Assembly: GCF_018977255.1 (NCBI RefSeq) | Contig: NW_024704742.1 | Coordinates: forward strand, 28,398,001-28,462,000 | Length of the DNA stretch: 64,000 nucleotides | Direction of reading: 5' to 3' | DNA from: Callorhinchus milii | Taxonomy: Eukaryota | Shown here: positions 39,106 through 53,704 of the stretch, piece after piece | Position numbering within the stretch: position 1 is the first letter of the stretch | Layout of the letters: every line of letters begins with the position of its first letter | The notes under the pieces: generated by a model | Databases searched by the model: none | Told to the model about the DNA's origin: nothing | Seen by the model: only the letters and a program-made list of their open reading frames with translations | Position numbers and translations under genes: made by a program

Positions 39106-40384
39106 CTTGAAATCAGTCATTTGATTGTTGGGGAACAATGAGCAGAGACCAAACATTTCCCTGTAAGGCAAGTTTTGGAGAGACTCTTTTGCAAGGTTAC
39201 TTGACTCCCAACTGCTGGTTTTGGAACATCACAGGTATGGAAGCAAGGTCCCAAACCTTTTCCTCTCTGCTTTGAAAACCCATTTTGTTTTTCTTTACTC
39301 TAAACAGAAGGATAAAGGTGAGGGGAATAAGAGGAGTGGAGGCTTGTGTGGAATATAAACCCGGGCATGTAATAGTTGGGATGGATGCCCCGTTTCCATT
39401 TCATATCACTCAACGTAATTCTGTGCAACTGCGCCTTCAGTCACATTCCCCCTACTCGTCTGTCCATTTCCTTTCCAACTCAAGCTGCGACTAAAAAAGT
39501 ATTTACATAGTGCTTTGAGACATTCTGTTATGTGAAAGGTGATATATAAATGCAAATTGTTAGATTGTTGTTATTGTAAACCATCCAATTGGCTATGAAT
39601 GTGTGGCATAAGGAGACCCAATGAGCAAAGAGAAGAAAGTATTTCCTAAAAAATGAAAAAGGTTACATTTCCCCCTCACAGAAATCACTGCATTTCTATA
39701 GTGTCCTTCAATGTCTTGGAGCACTGCACAGATTGGATGTGGAGTAAGGGGGAAGGTGGAAGGGACTATAGGCCTGGTCAAACAGGTAGGTTTTATGGTG
39801 GGATTTAAAGACAGATGAAGGGTGAGCAAAGTTCTGTGAAGTTGCGGAAGGTTCTTTACCACACTCAGAATGACACATTAGGATTATTACCGGAAGAATT
39901 CAAGGGTAAAATGGAAGAGTTTTGTTTCAAGACAGAGGGTTATTGAAATAGAATTATAGAATCATAGAAATTTACAGCATAGAAGGCCATTCAGACCATC
40001 ATGCATTTTAAAGAGCAATCTTTTCAGTCCCAATTACCTGCCTTTTCCCCATTTCTGTGTAGTTTATGGGTATAGAATATTTAGCCAAGAATGTCTGTTG
40101 TATTCTAGTTAAAAATTACACTTTTTTTGGTCAGTCAGACGCATAATAATATAATACTATTCCTTGCATACAATACTAACTTGTCACATTGTTTAAAAAT
40201 TCCGGAAAGGATACATTGCAAAGTGGTCTAACCGTGTATATTTTGTGGGCAAATGCAGCAGCTAATTTGAGCACAACAATGTCCCACAAATAGTCAGATA
40301 CAAATTTTGTTAGGGGGATTGTTGGCCATACTGAGAGAAACTCTGGAAATGTTGAAATTTCAGCTGCTATTTATGAAATATAAA

Positions 40385-40632
40385 TGGAGTCCTGCAGCTC
40401 AGTGGTTAGAGCACTCGCCTTGCAAGCGAGACACCTGTGTTCAATTCCAGGCAGAGGGCGAAACCTTGGGCAAGTTTCCTTACTCCATATGCCTAATAAT
40501 AATCCCTCCAAAACAGAAACCAATAATAAATTGGTCATTTTCAATTGTAATATTCTGTGAAGTGCTTTGACACATCGAGAAGACGTGAAAAGCCCTATAT
40601 CAAATACAAGGATTATTATTATATATTATTAT
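40385..40632 (+). mobile_element. Short-subtype SINE with the Deu domain deleted
   Basis: Head intact; ttttcaat joins almost directly to atattctgtgaag tail. Confidence 0.85.
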
Positions 40633-41014
40633 AATATCTAAAACTTAGTTGAATGAAACTTTGCATTATGTTTTTAACAATATAATTTATAACTACAGTA
40701 TTTTAAAATGTTACTTCCACTCTCTATCTTGACCTTGGATTTTGAACAACGGAAAATCAATAGGTAGAGAATAGACTAAAAGGAGAATATACTCGGCTTG
40801 TAATGTAAGGCTTTTTACTTGGAAAAAGTCTTAGAAAGATGCAAACTTTAGCTACGTATTAACAAAACATACTCTGAAATGGAATGAAATGCAATGAATT
40901 TGAATTCCCAGGTCTAATGGTGAATTTACATACATTGAAAATGTAAATACTGCAGTAAGTACCAAACACAATTTGTCCATTTACTGAAACTTGTCATGAA
41001 ATTTAGAAATCTTT

Positions 41015-41525
41015 AGAAACATGCAGAAAACCATCACTAGTCATACGAGTTCCGCATACGTATGTTATCTATGCATGGAGATTTCCCTGGAATGGAACGC
41101 CCACTCTCTCTCTGGAGGGACTCAGCCTGCTCATCTAATTCTGGAGAGTATGAGGCACAGGTTGGCTGGTGGGCTTGGGAACCCCAGAGTGTGCGCTGGG
41201 GTACTGCTAGAGTTTGACTAACTAAAACCACATAGCTTACCATTGATAGCAGTGTCTGGCGAGCTTCCTCTGCTTGTCCTGCTAGCACCATCCTATCTCT
41301 TACGGCTTTGGCTTGCATGGTTAACAGGAGCTGAGTGGAAGAGTCCCTAGTACAATTGATTGGTCTGTCCCCCAGTCCTGCCAACAAGCCAGGCTGCCTG
41401 AGCTGCAAGCAGAGGTGTTCTGCTGTACTGCAGATCTGCCTGGTTCGGCACCCGGACTTCCAAGACAGGGTTGACTCAATTCCAACATTCCATTGCCCAG
41501 CTTTTGGCCTTGAGCCAGCTTAGCT
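41015..41525. repeat. Unidentified old interspersed repeat, copy B
   Basis: Homologous to 28915-29420 in the same orientation. Confidence 0.75.
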
Positions 41526-44324
41526 CCAAGGTAACGCTACTTACCTTTTCCCCAAGGAGGATAGGCACCACACAACATTTGATAGAGAATTGGGTAAATA
41601 TTTGAAAAGGAATAATATACAGTAATACAGAAATAAGTATCGATAATTCAGACTAGAATATATACTGAACGCAAAAGTGGCAGCCAATTTGCATAAAGTA
41701 ATGTCCTACAAACAGCCGAGAAGTGAATGACCAATTTTATTTGAGGGTTATTGGTCAGGATACCTTCACATGATGTAATTTTTCGTATTTTGTGGGCAAA
41801 GTTGCACCACACATAACAAGTATCACATTCTCCTCATCTGGAATTAGTTTTTAGAGAGACTGGCTTTAGAGCTTACTAAGGTGTAGAGATTTTAGACTTG
41901 TTTCCCCTACATTAGGGTTAAGGTTCCTCCAATGTTTCATTTTTTAATTTAGATTCAGTATATTTCATTTATTCTGACCTTGGGCTGTTTCTTATAACCA
42001 TAACCAGAGATTGCTACATAAAGAGATGTATTTTGACCAGTGTCTGAGCTATAGATTCATTTTCAGTGTGGCAGGAAAGGTCTTAAATCCTTTCCTCCTT
42101 ACCTGTCATGAGGGAAATGAGATGCTCTGGTCTCATTGCTGCACATTAACATTGAGCTGCCTCGTCTGGTCCCCAGAACTGAAGATTGCTGCTTGAAGGG
42201 GCATTGTAATAGCACGTGGTAAGCAATGTCACATCAGTTTCAGTAGAAAAGTCTCTTAAAAAGACAGGAATCACTGTGAAATTCCCAGTTGAATATTTTA
42301 CCTTACTTGCCAAATGTAAAATATTCAAAGATTGACTTGCAGTACCGAAAGGTGGAGATAGAGGATACAACCTTTGTTCCCACAAATGAACAAACTGTCA
42401 TTACACTCATTTTCCTTAATAAGGCTGCCTTTCCTATTGCAACACTACAATTGGCAATTATCATTAAATGAAAAATGCTGGCATTTGACATAGTGACCTT
42501 TCACAGCACTATGTCTAAAAGCTCTTCACAGGATATACTGTAAAGAAAAAAGGGAGAAGGGAGTTTCTCCCAGTGTCCTGGCCAACATTCCCCCAAATAA
42601 AACTCACTCCATGGCTGCTTGTGGGACATTGTTGTGTGCAAATCTGCTACTGCATTTGCCCACAAAATACACATAAATCACTTTACATTATATCCAAGTT
42701 GATCTGAATCAGGAAAATGTTGAGGTTCTGTTTTAATTCCAGGATAAATTAAATATTGGCACAATCCTATCTAATTCAGATCTACTTTTGCTTTCATGGA
42801 AGTAATACCACATATACACAATCCAGGCATTGGGCTGCCACTTTTTGCCCTCTGCTTTTAGTTATTTTTTTACATACAGCAATATTATTCAAACATTTTC
42901 CTCAATGGGACATGGCCTTCTAAGATCCAACATCTGTTTCCTATTTCTCTTTTTTTTTGTAAAAAGTTAATGGGTTAAAAATTGTGAGCTGCAATTTGGT
43001 GTGTGAGAGCTGGGGAGGACAGAGAGGATTATGTTGCTTCTCCCAACACCCCCCAAAGCCCCATGAGCATTTTTTCAATCCCTAATGTCTATTTTGAGGT
43101 TGTATCATTTTGAAATCTTCTGCATTAGTGTGAAAAAAGCTTGGCCTGCAGTCTTGGCATTTTTTCAGTGAGTCAGTATTTATTGCCTCATACACCATCT
43201 CATAATGAACTTCACCACTTAAGTAAAATTGCAATGCTAATTATTATTTATGGAGATAAGTGGAAGGAAAAATCGAACATAAAGATTGCTTAGTTTCTTC
43301 TCCAACCTGAGGCAAAAACCATAACACTGACAACATGAATAATGTTACACTGCTCGGGACCCTCCACAATTCACAGCTGTGCTTTCAGCCATTACACCCC
43401 GAATTTCTGACTTCAATCGCTCCGTCTTGCCCTTTCATTGTCATCTTCACATCAAATCTGAAGACTTATCTCTTCGACCATGCCTTTGGCCACTTCCCCT
43501 CTCTTTTCAACTGAGCATCAAACTACACTGCTGTTGAGTGCTCCAAGACACTACCTGCATAAAGCGCACTTTATAAAATGTAAGGTGGTGGTGAGGGTGT
43601 AGTGGGTTGTGGTGAACAAAGAGGACGGTATCTTCACTCCCCCAGGGCAAGCTCAGATAATAAAGGAAATGTACCCAAGAAAATCATCAAGTTGGTCATG
43701 GTTGAGACAGGATGCATATTAGCTTTTAAGAGGGAACTAAAAAAAATCTAAAAAATAAATAGCCTGCAGGTATTTGGGGAAAAGGCAGGGAAATGGGATT
43801 GATTGGATTGTCATTCTTTCGAAGAGCCTGCACCGACATGATGAGCATCTTCTGTGCTGCAAGTGTCTCTAGTTCTTTGGTTCAAACTGGGATCAAAATT
43901 CTACAAGGAAAGTGGTGTGAAACACCGTAGACTTGTTATCGTTGCGTAAATAATCATGGGCTGCATTCATTCACGCTTGCCCTGTGTAGCACTGCCCCGT
44001 GTCAATCTCAATCTCACCAGCATTCCCACCATGTTTGATTCTCCATCCTGAGGCCCTGCCTTAACCTCATTGTCTCAAAGCAGATCTTAACCACAGAGTA
44101 AAGAAAAACTAAAGTAATTAAGTCCTTTTCCTCTTTCTTGCCTTTGAAATTATGTTTTTTGGCATTAAACAGGCAACTGAGCTTACTATAGACCGAACCA
44201 ATGTGCCAAGTGAGGCAGTAGAGAAAAGGGGAAAATTTCTGGAGGAGACTGCTGAGAGGCTAGAAAGAAGCCAGATTTACTGGTAAGAACAATGGTTATG
44301 TAGAGGATAAATCATACTCTTCAA

Positions 44325-44690
44325 CAGCAACTTGCATTTATATGAAGCCCCTCATGCAGATAGCGTCTCAGAGCACTTGACAGCAGCGGAGCACGACGCT
44401 GAGCCAGAGGGCAGGGTGAGGTGATCGTAAGCAGGTTGAAGAGGAAGTTCTTCAGGCATGACTTGAAGGTGGGGAAGGAGGGGGAAAGCGGAGGGATTGA
44501 GTGAGTGTATTCCAGAGTTTCAGGGAACAGTGGCTGAAAGCACGGCCTTCATGGTGGAATGGGGGACAAGCAGGAGGCTGGAGCCAGTCGAGCGGAGGCG
44601 ATGGGTAGTGGATTGGGGATTAAGCAGCTCAGAACGGTAGGGAGGTGCCCAGGCATGAAGGGATTTGAAGATAAGTGTGAGGCTTTTATC
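44325..44690 (-). mobile_element. L2 3' fragment
   Basis: LIFKSLHAWAPPYRSELLNP...LRSTGSSLLLVPHST. Confidence 0.8.
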
Positions 44691-47600
44691 ATGTGCGTGT
44701 GTGAGGATATTCTTATAACACATGTCCACTTTAATAACCTTTTGTGATCGTGTCACAGAGAATATTAGAATACAGAATCTTCTGCTTGTAAAGTAAATTT
44801 GGGCATGAATCTTATTTCTGGGGGAGGAAAACATCTAATGTGGACATATTCAGCAACTAAAATTGTATTTATCTAAAGAGATTTGGCATCGAAACTGCTC
44901 CAGAGATGAGCATTTGGTTTGTTTACATCAAGTTTCAGACCCAGATAGAAATAGGATGATTCAGAAGCATAACTGTCCCCTGCACACAACAGAGAGATTG
45001 TCTTACTGGGCACATAGGCTCTATACTGCGGCAGAAACTTGACAGATTAAATATGTGTCCTTCCAGACCACGAAGGACACTTATATCGCAGATGCTTGGT
45101 CATCGGATCACCATAAAAGGATATTGCATACAGAGCTCCCATGATGTACTGATTTGGCACATATCGACTAGAATAACATAGGAATCAGATGGATTCGAGA
45201 CACAGCCCTTTGATAGCTGCACAACAATTTAACAACCACTTTTTAAAAAAATATATAAGAGTGGCGTAACCTTTTTATTTTAGTGCTTTCCAACCATAAG
45301 TGCCCACGAGAGAAAAATGAAAGGGGCATTGGTGTAGTTTTAGGGAATTTACTGGCACTGTGGTAGTGTTCATTGCACAGAATGGGCAGTAAATCAGCCA
45401 AACCACATGCCATTCACACAGTCTTTTTATTAAGGGGACACAGGACCCGATTTGGCGAGAATTTGTTTTTCTCACCAATTGAACCCAATTTTTTGCAATT
45501 TCTATTTGTAGCTGATTTCATTTTGCCCCCTATGGTTGTACACAGACAGCATTGGTTATTACTCATGTTTGGTTTTTACCATTTTAGCATATATCAATTC
45601 AAAAAGAAGTTGTTTTGTGGAAAATAAAATTGTCATTAATTTAGTCTCAATTCCTGTGATCTTGTGATTACTTTATTACACCAATGAACTTAACTGTGAA
45701 TACTGAAATACTGGGGATTGCTACTGGATTTAAATAAAGCCTAGGGAGCTTGAGAAAGAGTGATGCTGAATTTCTCAGCTGTTTGTAAGGCTGAGGAAAA
45801 ACATTGAAAGTGCATAGATTGAAGAGCTATTGCAGTGAACAGTTAGTCATCACTGGTAACACAGTGAGGCTCACATTATAATTATTGGTATTTAACTGCT
45901 CTGCTACGATCAATTACAGATTAATTGTTCTTTCAGATGCAATGCTTTACGAAAAGAATAGACGGGAAGCTCTGGTGCCTAGTTGTGCACTGATGTACAA
46001 CATTAATGTAATTTTATGGGTCTACTTCAGCAGTTAACACCCTGTTTGACAAAGGTCATGTTGATGAAATGAACGGAACAACACAATTTCTGACTAGCCT
46101 AAATGGATTCGTTTGAAAATATATTAATTCACGTCACAACTTTAAATGATGTTTTTTTTCTTGCTGTGCTATTGTGCTGGATGTCAAACTTGACAATTCT
46201 ATTAGTTAAAACTTTTTCTAATTCCTTTGCATTTTGCATCCTAAGCAACAGACTGTGGATTGAAGGGTTTATTCTATCAACTGATTTGCAGCCAAGAATC
46301 ATATAATTAGAATGAGGGCATAATTAGTATGTGATATATGCTGAACAAGCCTGTGGTGATAAACTATGAAATTAATTACTGCCATTTATATTATCCAGCT
46401 GCAAAAGCTTTCTTTACACTATTTCCTGAAATCATTTTGCATTCCCATACGAACCTCATACCCTTGTCAAAGGTTATAAAATTGAGAAGCAAGTGCTGTG
46501 TAATTGGAAATTAAATGATTTATACACATATTAGTGTAAATAATATGATGCTGATATTTGGGATAATAAATCTGTCCATTACATCATTTCGCTTCTGCTC
46601 CCCAGAAGCGACATGTGATTGTACCACTAAGCTTGTGTACTCGGCTAATCTCTGGAGAGAAATCACAAAACTGTTGTAATGGAGATCATCCCCGAGCTAA
46701 GGGCTCCTCCAGTCATTACTTATTTTTAAAGTAATAAAAATGTATGTAGTGAACATGGAGGCATTTCACAGCAACCTTTGCATAATAGGTGCTGCTTGAC
46801 CTAAGTCATTAAATGCAGCCCTGCTGCTTCGTTCTAAGCCTTCAGAAAGTGCAACAAAAAAAATCAACTTAAGTCAATGCGATGCAAGAACTTGAAAATT
46901 AACATCTGCCATTTGTCGGAGACATATGCTCACTCATTATGGACATTCTCCTTTGCTGCCGGTGGACTGAGAAGGAGCAGCACACTGCCAATCGGTGTCA
47001 TGCAAAGTTTATCAGCTGAAACAGTCAAGGGCTTGGGTTGTGCACAAATCGCATAAAGTTCCTCATCATAAAAAAGCGCTAATTACACAAGTCATTTGCT
47101 TAGTGACATTTTCACTATCGTTAATGTCTCTCAGTGATTGAATCGCACTTGGCCCATTGTGTTAGGCTCAAGATGGGAAAAGATGACATGGGGTGCAGGT
47201 GTGTAATATGTATGTATATATATATTTGAATACATATATAAGTCTGAATATTAATTGAACTGGGAAAAACAACACAAATATGTAATCATTCTATATATAC
47301 ATGAACTGATTTGCTTAATTACTTTACACACACCATTTCATTTAAGAATCATTCTAAAATGCTTTGCCTTGGGCACATTTGAAACGGCTAAACTCCAATC
47401 AGTTTGCTTCGCTCTCGGTCACACTTGGTGAAAGCTCCAGCCCTCACATATATGATATTTGCTAATCACATCAAAGGTAAATATTCAGAGAAAGTATCAA
47501 GTTTCTCATGAATATAACATGGCCACCAGCTATTTTGCAGTTTATTTGAAGTCAAAGCACAATGTATGATAAGGTTCGGCTTTAAAACAAAGATACAATC

Positions 47601-48316
47601 AGTTATGTTACGTGTTCTGTGTTCATCATAGAAAATTAATCTATACTGTGGTACTAAATGTCAATACAGTATTACACTCATTAGTCAATGTGTTTTACAA
47701 ATACACAAAAATGCGAAAAGAGTGGGCTTCAGATTAAATTTTAACAGCCATCAAACAGCTCGTCAGACCATGTAAAATGGAATTAAGTCAAATGTTCACA
47801 GGATTTCAACTATTTGAAGTAAATCCTTAAATTAACATAATTTTTTTAAAAAAAAGACATGTAGATATACTATTTGGTGAACTTTGGTGTTTATCTGGCT
47901 GAAGAATTTTGATGAAGGTAACAGAACACTTGCTTGAATCACTGCTAGGTCTGGTATAGATTGGGCTAAAAGCAAAGTAAAGTTTTCCCTGTTCTACCCC
48001 AGGAATAGGGTCTATTGTATTTCATGTGTAAATACATGGGTAAGTGTTTGGGGAAAAAGCAGGGGAAATTAACTAAACTGATAGCTCTTTTAGAGATCTA
48101 GCACAGGTACGATGGGCTAAATGATCTCCTGAGCTGTAAATTTCTATAGCTTTATGGTATTATGCGCCACGTGTAAATCTTGTGTGAACATGTGTGTATG
48201 TATGTGTGTGCGCATATCAGCATTCCTCATTCTCTTCTCTGAGTCTAAACTGTAATGGTCAATTCCATTTTTGAAAACAGAAAAGAAAAATATTTGCGCA
48301 TTGATAAAAGTTGCAT

Positions 48317-48593
48317 ACAACAATAACAACAACAACAACAAAATTACATTTGTATAGTGCCTTCCATGTCGGGAGGACGTCCCAAGGCGTTGGACAAATA
48401 GAATTACGGACCCGATCTGGGGGTCAGGGTGGGGGAGGGTAGAGGGCAGGGGGGGAAGCAGGGAGATCGAAAGTACGGTCAAAGAGGAGGGTCTTGAAGT
48501 GACGAGGGAGGGGGCGAGACGGAGGGACTGCGGGATGGAGTTCCAGAGGGTGGGTGCAGAGTGGTGGAAGGCCTGCCCGCCAATAGTGGGGTG
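48317..48593 (-). mobile_element. 3' tail of the older L2 whose body lies at 50344-51375
   Basis: Same subfamily as 11120-11695; that copy runs colinearly from this segment into the sequence at 50345. Confidence 0.8.
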
Positions 48594-50343
48594 AACAACA
48601 ACAGAATTAAATTTATAGAGCGCCTTTCACGTCGGGAGGACGTCCCAAAGCCTGAACAGTCAGGTGTCGGGGCCCGAACATGGGGGAGGGATGGTGTAGG
48701 GGTGAGGGAAGGCAGAGAGGTGGGAGGGAAACCAAAGGCACGTTCAAAGAGAAGGGTCTTGAGACCGGCCTTGAAGGAGGCAAGGGAGGGAGCGAGGCGA
48801 AGGGATCGTGGGATGGAATTCCAGAGTGTGGGAGCGGAGAGGCTGAAAGCCCGGCCACCGATGGTAGGGCGGGTCGGGTGGGAGACATGGAGCAGGCCAG
48901 AGCCTGATGAATGGAGGGATCAGGCAGGTTGGTGGGGAGACAGCATGTCAGAGAGGTAGGAGGGGGCAAGGCCATGGATGGCCTTAAAGGTGAGGATGAG
49001 GATCTTGAACTCAATCCTCTGGGGAATGGGGAGCCAGTGAAGTCAGGCGAGGGTGGGAGTAATGGGGTCATGGAGCCTGGTGCGTGAGAGTACATGAGCT
49101 GCAGAGTTTTGGATGATCTGCAGCTTGTGAAGGGAATAGTTGGGAAGGCCGATGAGGAGGGAGTTCCCGTAATCAAGCCTTGATATGACGAATGCGTGGG
49201 TGAGGGTTTTGGCAGCCTGAGGGGTGAGGCAGTGGCGGAGTCTGGCAATGTTGCGGAGGTGGTGGTAGGCAGTGCCGGTCATGGCGCGGATATGGGGGAG
49301 AAAGGACAGTTCAGGGTCAAACAAGACACCCAGGTTCCTGACAGGGCTTAGTGAGGTTGAGAGTGCAGCCGTGGAGGCTGATGCTGCCAGTGCCTGAGAT
49401 GCGGAGGCGCTGGCGTTAGCCAATCAGGAGGGCCTCGGTTTTGCTGACGTTGAGTTGGAGAAAGTTGTCCCTCGTCCAGGACTTCATATCGGACAGGCAG
49501 TCGGTCAGGGCACCAGTAGTCCTGGAGTTGAGGGTGGAGGCTGAGAAGTAGAGTTGGGTGTCATCCGCATACGTGTGGAAATTTACCCCATGTCTGCAGA
49601 TGACGTCACCAAGGGGGGAGCATGTAGAGGGTGAAGAGGAAGGGACCGAGGACAGAGCCCTGAGGAACACCGCACGAGACAGTGTGGGGGCTGGAGGAGA
49701 AGCCGTTTGCCGCGACGAAGTGGAGGCGGTGTGAAAGGGAGGACCTGAACCAGTCAAGGACAAAACCTTGAAGGTTGAGATGGGAGGAGAGGTGATGGAG
49801 GAGGATTGAGTGGTCCAAGCGTCAAAGGCGGCTGAGAGGTTGAGGAGGACGAGGAGGCAGAGGAAGCCCTGGTCACACATGGTCAGGATGTTGTTTTGAC
49901 CTTGACCAGAGCAGCTTCTGCGCTGTGGGCAGCAGGGAAACCCGATTGGAGGGGTTCATGGCGGGAGGCAACTGCTCTCTCAAGGAAGGGGAGATTTGAG
50001 AGGGCCAGTAGCTAGATAGCTGTGATGGGTCGAGGGAAGGTTTCTTCAAGGTGGGGGTGATAGTGCCTTTTTTTTAGCGGTGAAGGAGCAGTGCCAGATG
50101 AGAGGGAGAGGTTAATGATGTCGGCGAGTAGTGGGGCAAGGAGGTGGAGCTGGGATTTAAGGAGAGGGTTGGGGATGGGGTCGAGGGAGCAGGTGGTGGA
50201 CTTCATGGAGGTTACTGTGTTGAAGACAGAGGAGGGGGTGACAAGTTCAAAGGTGTGGAAAGAGGGATGGTAATTGTCGGATGGGTAATTGTGTGGGGGA
50301 GTGGGGGTAGTAAGGGGTTGGAAGTTGGCAGGGCAGTGGCAGC
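48594..50343 (-). mobile_element. ~1.75-kb L2 LINE with decayed RT, nested in an older L2
   Basis: [67 protein letters not shown]; frameshifted. Confidence 0.93.
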
Positions 50344-51375
50344 TGGGGTGGGAATGTGAAGCAGGCCATAGCCCGCTGAGCAGAGGGAGCGAACAGAGTG
50401 GTTGGGGGTTAGGAGGTCGGAGAGGTAGGGGGGAGCAAGACCGTGGAGGGCTTTGAAGGTGAGGACCAGGATCTTGAACTGTATCCTCTGTGTGATGGGA
50501 AGCAAGTGGAGTTGTGCAAGGATGGGGGTGATAGGATTGCCGAGCCTAGTATGGGAGAGGACACAGGCTGCAGAGTTCTAGATGATCTGCAGCCTGTGGA
50601 GGGAGGAGTTGGGGAGGCCGACAAGCAGTGAGTTTGCATAGTCGAGCCTCGATGTAATGAAGTTGTGTATGAGGGTTTCGTCAGCCTGCGGTGTGAGACA
50701 GTGTCGGAGCTGGGCAACGTTGCGAAGGTGAGGGAAGGCAGAGCGGGTCATGGCGCAGATGGTGGGTAGAAAGGATAGTTGAAGGTCAAACAAGACCCCA
50801 AGGTTCCGGGCTGGCTTAGCAAGGTGGAGTGTGCAACCAAGTTACTTTGACCTGAGGTGAGGAGGCGCTCACGGGAGCCAATCAGGAGAGCCTCGGTCTT
50901 GTTGACGTTCAACTGAAGAAAGTTAGCTCTCATCCAGGACTTGATGTCTGACAGACATTCTGTCAGCACAGCAGTGGTCCTAGAATCAAGGGTTGAGGCA
51001 GAGAGGTAGAGTTGGGTGTCATGTGGAGGTTGACCCCATATCTGTGGATGATAATAATAATAATAATGTCACCAAGAAGGAGCACATTGATATTGAAGAG
51101 GAGGGGACCAAGGACAGAGCACTGAGGAAAGCCGCATGAGACGGTCCGGGGACAAGAGGAGAAGCCGTTTGAGGAGATGAAGTGCAGGCGATGTGAGAGG
51201 TAAAATCTGAACTAATCAAGGTCAGCGCCATGGAGGTTGAGGTGAGAGGAGAGGCGGGGGATGAGGATACAGTGGTCGACGGTGTCAAAAGCAGCAGAGA
51301 GATCAAGGAGGACGAGGAGGCAGAGAGAGCCCTGGTCATCGATGGACAGAATGTCATTTGTTACTTTGACCAGGG
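50344..51375 (-). mobile_element. L2 body (decayed RT and C-terminus)
   Basis: [64 protein letters not shown]. Confidence 0.9.
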
Positions 51376-51747
51376 CTGCATAAATATCATTTGAGGTACA
51401 TATAAATCTTCCTATTGGAAAGAACAGAAAAAATGAAAGATATTAGAGAGATATTAAAAATGTGAGCAGGTTTACAGTGATTCATGCCATTAAACAGTTA
51501 AACATTAAAAGTTAAACAATTAAACATCATGCCATTTAAATAAAAGGGTGATAAATGATGTAGGCAAAACTTCTTTTTCCACCAAATTTGTAAAGCAATA
51601 TCCAAGTCTCTCTGAAGTCTTAAGTCAGTGAATTATGAAGGCGGTTGTAACTCAAATACATGAGACGGTAAACATGAACCTGGAGACGTTGGGGGATGTG
51701 GAGGTCACTTGAGTTAGTTTATATTCTTGGTAAGATTCAGGTTATAC

Positions 51748-52432
51748 ACAACATCAACATCAACAACAAGATTCCATTTATTGTGTGTCTTTCACTTCGG
51801 GAGGACGTCCCAAGTCACTTTACAGTTGGGTCAGGACCCGAGCAGGGGGGAAATGGTCAGGGTGAGGGGAGGGAAGGGAGGGAGGGAGGAGGGGGTAGAG
51901 AGTCGAGAGGGGAGCTGAAGGCACGGTCGAAGAGAAAGGTCTTGAGACCGGCCTTGAAGGAGGAAAGGGAGGAGGCGGCGAAGGCACTGGGGGATAGAGT
52001 TCCAGAGCCTCGGGGCTGAGAGGCTGAGGCCCGGCCACCGATGGTAGGGCGGTTGGGGCGGGGGATGTGGAGCAGACCAGAGCCAGAGGAATGGAGGGTA
52101 CGGGCAGGTAAGTAGGGGCATAGTAGGTCGGAGAGGTAGGAGGGAGCAAGGCCGTGAATAGCCTTGTAGGTGAGGATGAGGATCTTGAATTCGATCCTCT
52201 GGGGGATGGGGAGCCAGTGGAGGCGAGCGAGGGTGGGAGTGATGTGGTCCCGAAGCCTGGTGCGGGACAGTACACGAGCTGCAGAGTTCTGAATGACCTG
52301 CAGCTTGTGGAGGGAGGTGCTGGGAAGGCCGGCGAGGAGAGAGTTCCCATAGTCCAGCCTTGAGATGATAAAGGCGTGGACCAGAGTTTCAGCAGCGTGA
52401 GGGGTGAGGTAGTGCCGTAGTCTGGCGATGTT
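51748..52432 (-). mobile_element. Young L2 3' fragment
   Basis: Highly similar to 54066-54745. Confidence 0.92.
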
Positions 52433-53375
52433 TCATTGCAGCTAAGAGGCCCAGGTAAAGGAAGATCAGATTAGAGGTGGTGTAATATCTACAAATGTCT
52501 TGCCAGAATTGTTTTCCCTTTGGTGTGCATCAATACAAGTGTTAAGTGTTAAGTGACATTCTTTTAAGTGAAAATTGCTACGTAAATACAAGTAATTATT
52601 TACAATTGGTGCAAAATAGATCTGCAAGGACATGTACCCAAAACCTTAGAGGACCACTGCCAGTTGAAATGGTGCAGTTCCTCATATCAGTCATCCCTGT
52701 GACTTCCTTGTGTGTAGCTACCAATTAGGGACAAATTATGAGTAGATTCATGCGGTGATTCGGGAGTCCTGAAGGGAAATGCTGATGAGTTGGGAAGAAG
52801 TCAAGAATGCAAAACATATGATTTCACTGTATTTATTTTTAATCATTGCAATTTCAAAGGCTCAATCTTAATGTGAAAGCTTTTTTGAGGCAGATATTCT
52901 ATCTTGTATTCAGACCACCGAAGAGTCAGGGACATAGGTACATAGCAGCACAAAAACTACATGCAAATTATATGTTAATATACCTTGCAACATTCTGTAC
53001 CATCTCATCAGTCATATTGCACAGAGTGCTGTTGTATGTACTGGGTGAGACATATCTAATTTATGAGATGTTTTATTTTTTAAGAAATGCTCTGTAGTGC
53101 TGGCACTTTTCTCTTGAAGGCTAGCAAGCCTTTTAAAATAAATTGATTTTTTTTGTGTAAGGATAAATTAATTTTATGCTCGTTACATTGAGGAATAGCA
53201 TTGATAGAAAATTGAATAATTTGAACTTTTTTCATCCTGTCTCACCAAGTATTCTCAGCTCAGTGTCTGTAAATGTTCTGCATCTGTGGCCAGTTTTATT
53301 GCCTTAATCTGAATCTCAGGAAAAAACTTTCCTATTTCAACAATTTATGTTTGTTTCATCCACAAACTCCACAAA

Positions 53376-53704
53376 GTGGAGTCCTGTAGCTCAGTGGTTA
53401 GAGCACTCGCTTTGCAAGTGAGAGACCTGAGTTCATTTCCAGGCAGGGCGAAACCTTGGGCAAGTTTCCTTACTCCACACACCTAATAATAATCCCTCCA
53501 AAACCAAAAACAATAATAAATTGGTCATTTTCAATCTACGACTGTTTGTGGGACATTGCTGTGCGCAATTGGCTGACGCGTTCGCCCACAAATATACAGT
53601 TAATTCACTTTATAGTGTGTTCTGTGAAGCGCTTTGGGACGTCCTCCCGACGTGAAAAGCGCTATATCAAATGCAAGGATTATTATTATTATTATTATTA
53701 TTAT
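53376..53704 (+). mobile_element. Young full-length tRNA-Deu-L2-tail SINE, short subtype
   Basis: As for 27515-27837; long (tta)n tail. Confidence 0.93.
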
